Below, in pieces: positions 21,501 through 28,890 of a stretch of 64,000 bases of DNA; positions within the stretch are counted from its first letter, which is position 1; each line of letters opens with the position of its first letter. Position numbers and translations under genes: made by a program. Source of the stretch: Pyrinomonadaceae bacterium (lineage in GTDB: Bacteria > Acidobacteriota > Blastocatellia > Pyrinomonadales > Pyrinomonadaceae); assembly GCA_046262375.1 (NCBI GenBank), contig JBHEMV010000001.1, forward strand, positions 25,990 through 89,989, given 5' to 3'. Below the pieces are notes generated by a model, which was given only the letters and a program-made list of their open reading frames with translations, searched no databases and was not told the origin of the DNA.

Positions 21501-22991
21501 CGACTACAAGATGAGCTAGACAGGCGTCAACAAACGAGGACAAAGGCCAGGGGTCGCGGTGCGAAATCACAGAAAACAATAACCAGGCAGGGCGCGAAAA
21601 CTAAAGTTGGCCGGCGAGTCCGGCGAGAAAAAGACCGGGTCGCACGCCTTGAGGCTATTCTTAGCGAGACTTCAATCGAAGTGAAGCAGCGAACAAAGAA
21701 GGAGCGGTTGCTACATTCAAAGATTCAAGCCTTATGCAAAGCTGAAGTTGAACAACTCAAGCGCATCGAGGAAGCAAAGGCAGGTATCAAAACTCGGGAA
21801 GAAGCGCTTCTAGCTCAGACAGATGAAGCAGCAAATTTGGTGAGGCAAGAAACTGTTTACCAGCCCGAATTAGAACCGAGCCCACACAATGATGAATTCG
21901 AGGTAGCAGGGCCGATCCCACTCAACGATGAAACAATAACGCTGAACGTAATCGAGGAAGAGCACGAGTTCCACGCAGAGATTGACGCCGCGATCGAGTC
22001 GCTGCGTCCGGTTGAAACATGGCAATTTGCGGTACTTGAGGAACAAGAAATCGTTGTCGAGGGTGTGGAAGGAACCGAGTCGGCAGTTGAAGCAATTGCG
22101 GACTATAGCATTGAGTCGGAGAGCAACGAATCGGAAACAAGCATTGAGTTGAAGGAGCCTCAGTTCGACCTTCAGCCAGAGCCTCTGATTCAGGAAGCGA
22201 TCGCTCCCTCGTCTATCTCCCATCGAGATGATGAAGTTGAAGCAAGCCTGAAAGAAGAAATCGACCTGGCCAGCGGCGGTTGGTTTGCATCATCAGAGAT
22301 AGACGCCGAAGAGACTTTGGCGCCGCAAGTATCAACGGAAGATTACATTAAATCGATCGATCTGGTGGAACGGGAAAAAGGTTTACAGCCTTCGGAGGAA
22401 GACCCGGCAACGGCCTCGGCATTGGTGGAATGCTTAAAAAGTGGGGACTCGGCCGCTCGCGCAGGAGCTTTGCAGAAACTGGCCCAGTTAGATGAAGACG
22501 ACGCCTTTAATTTGATTACAAATCTGTTTGACGATAGTTCGGCCGGCATTCGAAATGCTGCGGCTCGCGCCCTTTACGAGTTTAAGTCGGATCATGCTGC
22601 TTGTTTCACGCGAGCTCTCCGCGAAGCCTCTGCTGAGCGACGGCGAAAGATTGCCGCCGCGATCGAGGGTTCGGGTCTGGCTGCCGAAGCGATTAACGGT
22701 CTCGCTGGCGAAAGTCGAGAAAAAACCTACGACGCATTCTCAATACTCTTTTTGATGGCCAAAGCCGGAGAGGTCCAATCGCTCGTAAAAACGATTGAGA
22801 ATCATTCCAATCCCGCTGTACAGTTGTCGGTCATTAAGCTGCTCACTTTTAGTAATCAGCCCGACATCATTCCTGCTTTTCGCAGTTTGGCAGTTAGAGG
22901 TTCGATATCTCCCGAGGTCCGTTCAGCGCTCATGGAATCCATCAATGAAATCAGCAACAATGCGCGCGAGAACTCGCGGTCAGCAGCATAG
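18546..22991 (+). CDS. giant HEAT-repeat / E-R-A-Q-rich helical repeat protein
   Basis: 1481 aa from the ATG at 18546 (the ORF opens at GTG 18513). It has PBS-lyase/HEAT-like repeats at both ends: N-terminal LGLPSASPYLIAALFDGSAEVRQAAAESLGRVGDSAAIEPL and C-terminal SAARAGALQKLAQL...SSAGIRNAAARALYEF. The ~1000-aa centre consists of degenerate charged repeats. Confidence 0.7.
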   Translation: MEQPSSLPKFEKTDHSSTNNSVEASNISAITDAGVFMDDFAQATHDLLMEDSVSKRASSARRLAILGLPSASPYLIAALFDGSAEVRQAAAESLGRVGDSAAIEPLQDLLARETSDGVLEASISGAIRSIAARETKLVGSEPMEATGVHQDYGSPHSSNSLGTSAQPNGRSGMSQAYATQEERLRSEELVLRQAQDDLERRRAEAERLHHVQGENQQLRTLDVNHRQAENKERQTGEKERKLSAEIEALRRAESEQIRRIEEATARARRRSAEEGRHQPETDARDRAAKESRRLAEVLSKAEADAKLRAREKDREEVESKARRESDEHIQRLVELEAIRGNAELTAQKRAETEQRLSAEIEALRKAGAEARRRAEEEVGRLAQLEAARSAAEAEILVRAVEEQRLNAEIETVSEAAEEQIKRMEEAKARLSALEETRHRAELKVQQRADREARLQGEIEVLRQAKLEQTKRIQQAETEAARLSEEEARLKQSVELHQRAQAEARERAAEEARLQAESEARRRADEEEQRLKKLEEIRSQAEAATKRRAEKELLLSHEIEVLSDATTEQLERIEKLETNLRKAEAKARQRSEEETGLLAAREALQKAETEARRQAAEKERAQTQAEAHARAEAEKQRLAELEAIRSEAEAEAQQRAEVEQQINAGIEALRRAEAKQFKRIEEAQAEARRLAEQEARLRAEEEAFREAEAEARRQVVEEQLDREAARVKQQAQDEQQRVAQLEEIRRAATIESQQRTEKMQRLNAELEALRKAGAEQSKRVQEAEARLREVEEEAHLKAEEEEQQLRDLEDVRSQAAARAQQRLDREQQLNADIQALNSRIEEAENAIYAGEEARLAAEAELHSRIAEEARQLDQLEDIRKQVEAQLQLKAGQTKEIKADIAALRKAEAKRLKEIEKLEARRSEALAEARQQAEQETLLLEELVSIRGKIDSDAKAWAEKELSIKSEIEAVRKAEVIQLKRIQKVETRLQDELDRRQQTRTKARGRGAKSQKTITRQGAKTKVGRRVRREKDRVARLEAILSETSIEVKQRTKKERLLHSKIQALCKAEVEQLKRIEEAKAGIKTREEALLAQTDEAANLVRQETVYQPELEPSPHNDEFEVAGPIPLNDETITLNVIEEEHEFHAEIDAAIESLRPVETWQFAVLEEQEIVVEGVEGTESAVEAIADYSIESESNESETSIELKEPQFDLQPEPLIQEAIAPSSISHRDDEVEASLKEEIDLASGGWFASSEIDAEETLAPQVSTEDYIKSIDLVEREKGLQPSEEDPATASALVECLKSGDSAARAGALQKLAQLDEDDAFNLITNLFDDSSAGIRNAAARALYEFKSDHAACFTRALREASAERRRKIAAAIEGSGLAAEAINGLAGESREKTYDAFSILFLMAKAGEVQSLVKTIENHSNPAVQLSVIKLLTFSNQPDIIPAFRSLAVRGSISPEVRSALMESINEISNNARENSRSAA

Positions 22992-23072
22992 GCCCTGGAC
23001 CTTCCAAAAACCGGCATGCGGACAAAGATCTGAGACCAAGATCGTTTACTCTGTCGATCCGTCTGCTGCTGA

Positions 23073-23921
23073 TCACAGAATCCTCGTGCTGAAAGTGTCA
23101 CCCTGACGGATGTCGCCCGTCTCAAGTCCTTTACGAAACCAGCGGATTCGTTGTTCGGAACTCCCGTGGGTAAACGAGTCGGGGACGACATGCCCCTGCG
23201 ATTCACGCTGAAGTCGATCATCGCCAACTGCGCTGGCGGCTGCCAGCGCTTCCTCGATATCGCCCGCTTCCAGAATTCCCTTTTTCTGAGCGTAATGCGC
23301 CCAGACTCCAGCCAGAAAATCCGCCTGAAGCTCGAGACGAACTGAAAGCTGGTTGTTCTGTTCGTCGCTGAGCCGTCCGCGCGCAGCGTCAACTTTGTCC
23401 ATAGTGCCGAGAAGCTGTTGCACGTGGTGACCGACTTCGTGCGCTATAACATACGCCTCGGCAAAATCTCCGGGAGCGCGAAAACGAGTTTGCAACTCAT
23501 TGAAAAAAGATAGGTCAAGGTAGAGCTTATGGTCGCCTGGGCAGTAGAAGGGGCCAACTGCAGAGCCTGCCAGGCCGCAAGCCGAACGCGCCTGATCCGT
23601 AAATAAAACCAGCGTCGGTTTCCGATATTGCTGCCCCGATTGACGAAAGATTTCAGTCCAGACGTCCTCGGTACTGGCGAGAACTGTGGCCGAGAATTGT
23701 TTGACCTCTTCTTCCTGCGGGTTGGTGGGCCGAGAACTCTGAGTACCTGAAGTCGGGGACTCGCTCGGCAACTGTTCCAATAACTGTCGGGGATCTGCAC
23801 CCAACAGCAGGGCAATAACAAGAACCACAATACCGCCGAGGCCTCCAATGGCCATACCTCCACGTGACATACCGCGACGATCTTCAACGTTGTCGCTTTG
23901 GCGTTGACCTCTCCACAGCAT
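23073..23921 (-). CDS. ypfJ: YpfJ-family neutral zinc metallopeptidase
   Basis: The N-terminus MLWRGQRQSDNVEDRRG matches the characteristic YpfJ start. A TM segment and the zinc motif HEVGHH are also present. Confidence 0.8.
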   Translation of the reverse strand: MLWRGQRQSDNVEDRRGMSRGGMAIGGLGGIVVLVIALLLGADPRQLLEQLPSESPTSGTQSSRPTNPQEEEVKQFSATVLASTEDVWTEIFRQSGQQYRKPTLVLFTDQARSACGLAGSAVGPFYCPGDHKLYLDLSFFNELQTRFRAPGDFAEAYVIAHEVGHHVQQLLGTMDKVDAARGRLSDEQNNQLSVRLELQADFLAGVWAHYAQKKGILEAGDIEEALAAASAVGDDRLQRESQGHVVPDSFTHGSSEQRIRWFRKGLETGDIRQGDTFSTRIL

Positions 23922-23997
23922 TCTATAACCCTCCCTCGGTGAACTTTCTCAAATTATCGCACGCCTGGTCGGCTGCGGGGAAAACTATGTTCAAAGT

Positions 23998-24684
23998 TTA
24001 TAGTTGGCCCTGGTTGATGGGGTTGCTTTTGCTATCGTCAAAATGATCTAAGAGTTCGACGAGTGATCCGATAAAGATGTCAGGACTGCAGCTCTCTAAT
24101 TTCCAGCTAGTCGGATAAGCGCTGCGCACGCCAACTGTCATCATGCGCGCGCGCTTACCCATTTCAATGTCCTCAGGACTATCGCCGACATAGCATGATT
24201 CTTCTGGCAAAGAGCCGAGCGTACGCATTGCTGTTTCCAAACCTTCAGGATGCGGTTTTTTCTTTTCCATCTGTTCATTGCAGACCACCACTTCAAACAG
24301 GTTGTCGAAGCCCAGCTCCTTTATTTCACGAGCAACTCGGCAATCACTGCCACTGCTGACTACGCCCAGCCGAAACCTCTTTCGCCGCAACCCCACGATC
24401 GTTTCCTGTGCACCTTCTACCAGTTGGGCCGTTTGCTCTCCATAATGCCGGATCCAAAGCTCGTCGGCCGTCTCCCATTTGTCCTTCGGTAACCCCATGG
24501 CTTCATAAACGGAATACCAATTCGGAGAATAAACTCTCTGGTAGATTTCGTGATCAAAAGCTACTCCAAGTGCTCTGAACGATTGCTCGAAAGCGTTCAG
24601 ACCTAGCTGCGCGGAATCAACTAGAGTTCCATCCCAATCGAATAACAGGGTACTAACGAATGCTGTCTTAGGATTCATCAGCAA
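23998..24684 (-). CDS. HAD-superfamily hydrolase (phosphatase-like)
   Basis: Motif I is FDWDGTLVDS, motif II is VVSSG, and motif III is VGDSPEDIEMG. Confidence 0.75.
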   Translation of the reverse strand: MLMNPKTAFVSTLLFDWDGTLVDSAQLGLNAFEQSFRALGVAFDHEIYQRVYSPNWYSVYEAMGLPKDKWETADELWIRHYGEQTAQLVEGAQETIVGLRRKRFRLGVVSSGSDCRVAREIKELGFDNLFEVVVCNEQMEKKKPHPEGLETAMRTLGSLPEESCYVGDSPEDIEMGKRARMMTVGVRSAYPTSWKLESCSPDIFIGSLVELLDHFDDSKSNPINQGQL

Positions 24685-24716
24685 AACGAAATAGCCAGCG
24701 GAAAGGGAAAGGGTAA

Positions 24717-25889
24717 CTAGTCAGCAATTGCCACCGTTAATTCGTCGAGTGGCGTGGAGGGCGATACACGGTCATAGGCCGACACATCGCGATTAACCCG
24801 GGCGTAGAGAATGTCTCGCTGTTGAGGAGTAAAACCCGCTTCACGGATCAAGTAGCGGAGCATCCGCTCATCCGCTCGATTGTGCGCTCCAGCTGCTGAG
24901 ACGACATTCTCTTCAATCATGATTGAACCCATATCATTGGCTCCAAAGCGCAGGGCCACCTGTCCCAGTTTTAGTCCCTGGGTTAACCAGGATGATTGGA
25001 AGTTTTCGATGTTGTCGAGAAACAGTCGCGATACCGCAAGCATTTTCAAATAATCGATGCCTGTCGGCTCTTCCTTGATTCGTCGCCCCAGCGCTGTGTT
25101 TTCGCGTTGGAACGTCCAGGGAATAAAAGCAGTAAATCCGCCGGTCTCATCCTGCAAATCGCGCACTCGTTGTAAATGCCTGACGCGGTGCTCGACCGTA
25201 TCGCCAATTCCAAACATCATTGTCGCAGTGGATCGCAGCCCTGCCCGGTGCACGGCCTTCATTACTGCCAACCACTCATCGGTCGTACACTTTGTCGAGA
25301 CGCGTTTGCGGACTTCATCGTCAAGTATTTCACCGCCTCCACCAGGCAAACTGTAAAGACCCGCATCTTTCAAACGCGCCATTATCGTCTCGTAATCGAG
25401 CCCGGAGATCAGGTGGATGTTGTGAATTTCCGGAGGCGAGAAGCAATGGAGCTGAAACTTTGGATACTTCTGATGCAGCGTTCGCAGCAAATCTTCATAC
25501 CATTCAATGCCGAAGTCGGGATGCAAGCCGCCTTGCATCAGAACACCGGTGCCGCCGAGCGAAATTGTTTCGTCAATTTTTGCGCAAATTTCCTCTATTG
25601 TCCGGACATAGGTGTCGGGAGCTCCAGGCCGGCGGTAGAAGGCACAGAACGTACAGACAACGTTACAAACGTTCGTGTAATTAATGTTGCGGTCAATAAT
25701 GTAGGTGACAATATTTTCCGGATGTCGGCGCGCACGGATCTCGTCTGCGGCAGCTCCAATCCGAGCGATGTCGTGGGATTCGAGCAGCAAAGTACAGTCA
25801 GCGACGGAGAGGCGGTTGCCCGCCAAAACACTCTTAAGAATAGGTTGAATATCAGTCACCATTAACAAGATACTATCGTGGGGCTTCAC
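24717..25889 (-). CDS. mqnE: radical SAM futalosine-pathway enzyme, most likely aminofutalosine synthase MqnE (MqnC not excluded)
   Basis: VTYIIDRNINYTNVCNVVCTFCAFYR carries the CxxxCxxC cluster motif of the CofH/MqnC/MqnE family. Its GTG start overlaps the mqnA stop (GTGA). Confidence 0.65.
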   Translation of the reverse strand: MKPHDSILLMVTDIQPILKSVLAGNRLSVADCTLLLESHDIARIGAAADEIRARRHPENIVTYIIDRNINYTNVCNVVCTFCAFYRRPGAPDTYVRTIEEICAKIDETISLGGTGVLMQGGLHPDFGIEWYEDLLRTLHQKYPKFQLHCFSPPEIHNIHLISGLDYETIMARLKDAGLYSLPGGGGEILDDEVRKRVSTKCTTDEWLAVMKAVHRAGLRSTATMMFGIGDTVEHRVRHLQRVRDLQDETGGFTAFIPWTFQRENTALGRRIKEEPTGIDYLKMLAVSRLFLDNIENFQSSWLTQGLKLGQVALRFGANDMGSIMIEENVVSAAGAHNRADERMLRYLIREAGFTPQQRDILYARVNRDVSAYDRVSPSTPLDELTVAIAD

Positions 25890-26692
25890 AAACTCAAAGG
25901 CTTCAGTGCAGAAATCAAGTTGTGCTTATGGGCTAGTTTGTAGAATAAATTCAGGCCGGCAATCAACTCATCACCCAGGGAAAAGCTGATATTCTCGTGT
26001 AAATAAGTTTTCAGTTCATCTCGCGTCAAGCCCAACAATGGCTGGTAAAAGTTAATTATGTCTTCCGACTGTCGAAGTCCCTCGTCACGGGCGGCCTCGA
26101 AGTCTATTTCGCGGCTTGATGAAGTAGCATTGGGGCTAATCATCCACAACGCGAAAACAAATCCAAGTCCCGTATGCTTTCGCCAAAGTCTCGCCATATC
26201 CAAAATTCTCAACTCTTGGCGTGGAAAGGTCATGGCCGGGTCTCCAATAATTAGCGCGGCATCATTGCCGATTAACATCTGTTGAAGATCAGGGGCAGCC
26301 GAAATCCATTCAGGTTCAAAGCCCAAAAACTCGCGAAAAATTATCTTCACTAGAGCGGCAGAGGTGCGTGACGACTCATCAAGAGCGACCGAGCGTATAT
26401 CTTTTAGCTCGTGCAGTTTCGTAGCCAGAACTACGCTGCGAACTTTTTCGCGTGACGCAATGCAAACCTGCGGCACCAATTCGAGATTGGGTATTCGCTG
26501 ATATTCGATTGCCGGAACCAAAGCAATGTCAACTTGACCCAGCGCGAGCAAATCTGCGCAGCGCGCTGGCACAGCTTCGACCAGCTCGACTTCACTCTCT
26601 TGTGAACCATATATAAAACTCCAGATCAGCGGAGCCGTGTTTAAATAACTAGACGCGGCTAATCGAGGTTTGCGCTTAGTTTTAGAAGTAAT
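25886..26692 (-). CDS. mqnA: chorismate dehydratase MqnA (start codon unresolved)
   Basis: The tracked ORF begins at GTG 26572. The same frame stays open upstream and encodes KPRLAASSYLNTAPLIWSF, the conserved MqnA N-terminal motif. No ATG/GTG/TTG lies in that stretch. An ATT at 26692 sits 5 nt after GGAG. Confidence 0.65.
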   Translation of the reverse strand: MTSKTKRKPRLAASSYLNTAPLIWSFIYGSQESEVELVEAVPARCADLLALGQVDIALVPAIEYQRIPNLELVPQVCIASREKVRSVVLATKLHELKDIRSVALDESSRTSAALVKIIFREFLGFEPEWISAAPDLQQMLIGNDAALIIGDPAMTFPRQELRILDMARLWRKHTGLGFVFALWMISPNATSSSREIDFEAARDEGLRQSEDIINFYQPLLGLTRDELKTYLHENISFSLGDELIAGLNLFYKLAHKHNLISALKPLSL

Positions 26693-26851
26693 AACGGCTC
26701 CGCCCCTGCCGACGATTCTTTTGCGTGCGATGCTAACGAACGGATCGCTTACACCGCAAGCCTAACTTAGTTTCATTAGTAGAACGTTGACACTGTTCGA
26801 GAGCGACATTTACTATGCCGCCAAGAAGAACAAAAAGATTATTCTTATTCG

Positions 26852-27496
26852 ATGCAAATTTACGACGTGAGCGTTCCGCTATCCCCCGCAACCCCAACCT
26901 ATCCTGGTGACCCGGGAATTGAGATCAAAGAGTGGCTGACGCTAGCTAACGGCGACGCCGCAAATGTTTCCCTCTTGCACTTCGGTCTGCATTCCGGCAC
27001 TCATGTCGACGCTCCGGCACATTTTATAGAAGGCGGAGGCAAAGTGGAGTCTCTGCCACTTCAGAGTCTTATTGGCGCGGCAGAGGTTGTGGAAGTGCCG
27101 GACGACGTCAAAGTCATTACCGAAGGCTTCGTTGCCGCCAACTGCGACAAGAATTGCCAAAGAATTCTTTTCAAGACACGCAATTCCCATTTTTGGAATA
27201 ATCCTGAGCAAGGCTTCCGCGCAGATTACACCTATATCGACCACGGTGCCGCGAGAAGGTTGGTGGAATCAGGACTCAAGCTCGTTGGGATCGATTACCT
27301 TTCGGTAGAAAAATTCCAGTCGGAAAAGTTTGAGACTCATCACATTCTGCTTTCCAGCCGAGTTGTGATTCTGGAAGGTTTGGATCTTCGAGAGGTCGCG
27401 GCTGGATCTTACGAGTTGATCTGTTTGCCGCTGAAAGTTGCTGGCGGGAAAGGCGATGGCGCTCCAGCCCGCACCGTGCTGCGCACTTTGAACTGA
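26852..27496 (+). CDS. cyclase-family protein (kynurenine formamidase-like)
   Basis: HSGTHVDAPAHF matches the HxGTHxDxPxH metal motif of the cyclase/arylformamidase family. Length is 214 aa. Confidence 0.75.
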   Translation: MQIYDVSVPLSPATPTYPGDPGIEIKEWLTLANGDAANVSLLHFGLHSGTHVDAPAHFIEGGGKVESLPLQSLIGAAEVVEVPDDVKVITEGFVAANCDKNCQRILFKTRNSHFWNNPEQGFRADYTYIDHGAARRLVESGLKLVGIDYLSVEKFQSEKFETHHILLSSRVVILEGLDLREVAAGSYELICLPLKVAGGKGDGAPARTVLRTLN

Positions 27497-27532
27497 ATTC
27501 CAAATTAAAGAATACTACTAAGACTAGATGCC

Positions 27533-27946
27533 ATGGCGGCGAAAACGGATAAGGACTACAGGGAACGCGTCTATCGCATCGTTCGTTCAATTCCCAGCGG
27601 ACGGGTGATGACTTATGGGCAACTTGCCGAAATTCTCGGCGAAGGATACACACCCAGAACAGTCGGTTTTGTAATGCACGGTTCTGATGATCGAACACCC
27701 TGGCACAGAGTAATCAATGCACAGGGCGCATGTTCTACGGGCAGAATCGCTATCCCCTATGACAAGCAGCAACGGATGCTGGAAGCTGAAGGTTTAAGCT
27801 TCAATCAGCGCGGACGGTGCGACTTGCAAAATTATCTCTGGATTCCGGAAGAGACAAAAAACGATCGCAAGACGCGAGTAAAAGAAGTCACCCTATTCTC
27901 AAATAAACCTTCCAAAAGGATACCAGATGAACAGAGATCCTCTTGA
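27533..27946 (+). CDS. alkyltransferase-like (ATL) protein, MGMT DNA-binding fold without the acceptor cysteine
   Basis: The HTH region is VMTYGQLAEILG. The active-site position reads PWHRV instead of PCHRV. Confidence 0.75.
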   Translation: MAAKTDKDYRERVYRIVRSIPSGRVMTYGQLAEILGEGYTPRTVGFVMHGSDDRTPWHRVINAQGACSTGRIAIPYDKQQRMLEAEGLSFNQRGRCDLQNYLWIPEETKNDRKTRVKEVTLFSNKPSKRIPDEQRSS

Positions 27947-27998
27947 TCAAAAACCGCCCTACGCAGTTAGCCCACCCCGTTTTTCAGTTTCACATCAA

Positions 27999-28336
27999 AT
28001 GGTGACTACTGCCTTTGACCAAACTTCCGCATCACACAAAACCTCGGTATCGTTCGCGGAATCGTAGTCCGTTCGCGAAATATATTTGCAACGATTGGCG
28101 CGGGCCTGCAAACGATCGTAGGCGGCAACATCACGGTGTGGACAAAGCTTTGTGAACAAACTCGTGCGGATGCCTTTGACATCATGATCCAGCATGCAAC
28201 TGAAATCGGAGCGAACGCCATAGTCGGTGCACGCTATGATGCGACTGAGGTTTCTACTGGAGTCACTGAAGTGCTGGCGTACGGCACGGCCGTCATCGTG
28301 CAACCCTCAAATGCCGAAGCGAGCTACCGCTCATGA
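27999..28336 (+). pseudogene. ybjQ: YbjQ/UPF0145-family gene interrupted by a 1-nt frameshift
   Basis: ATG 27999 gives MVTTAFDQ..., which stops after 23 codons. The -1 frame from 28019 reads PNFRITQNLGIVRGIVVRSRNIFATIGAGLQTIVGGNITVWTKLCEQTRADAFDIMIQHATEIGANAIVGARYDATE. Adding one C in GACC(C)AAAC (28017-28022) restores a 112-aa family-typical protein. Confidence 0.7.
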
Positions 28337-28764
28337 TTGACGAGAAGCTCACGGCAGCTCAGCTACTGAGAGTTCAAAAGGCCGTTAGCACAGTTCCCTT
28401 CGCTCGACTATTAGGTATCGAGCTGGAGGATATTAGTAGTGGATGCGCGACTCTCGTTCTTAAAGTTCGAAAAGAACTAACGCAGAACCACGGCGTGGTT
28501 CACGGAGGAGCTATCGCTTCCTTGATTGATACAGCGACCGCTTTCGCTATAATCTCGGTGCTCTCACCGGGAGAAAAAGTTACTACCGTCGACCTCACCA
28601 TCAATTACCTACGTCCGGCACGACGCGGGCGGCTAAAAGCCGTCGCGAAAGTTGTAAGGGCCGGACGGAGGCTATTCGGGGTTTCGGCAGACGTCTTTGG
28701 TGATGATGGAAAGCTAACAGCTACAGCACTTAGCACCTACATTAAGCTCCAGGAGAGCCAGTAA
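28333..28764 (+). CDS. PaaI-family hotdog-fold thioesterase
   Basis: Carries the HGGAIASLIDTA motif typical of PaaI/ComA2-type thioesterases. Length is 143 aa. Confidence 0.75.
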   Translation: MIDEKLTAAQLLRVQKAVSTVPFARLLGIELEDISSGCATLVLKVRKELTQNHGVVHGGAIASLIDTATAFAIISVLSPGEKVTTVDLTINYLRPARRGRLKAVAKVVRAGRRLFGVSADVFGDDGKLTATALSTYIKLQESQ

Positions 28765-28890
28765 ATTTAACCCAATTTGGTAGACACCCAGTGTTTATCG
28801 ATGTAAAATGTGTTTGACCTTCCTTGCGCTTCCCAAAGGTGCCCGCCCTTGCAAGAGAGACAACTTGAAAAGTCCCAGTAACCTTCCCCA

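Noticed and set aside
27995-28303. 102-aa minus-strand ORF
   Set aside because: It is antisense to the clearly homologous, though frameshifted, ybjQ-like reading frames.
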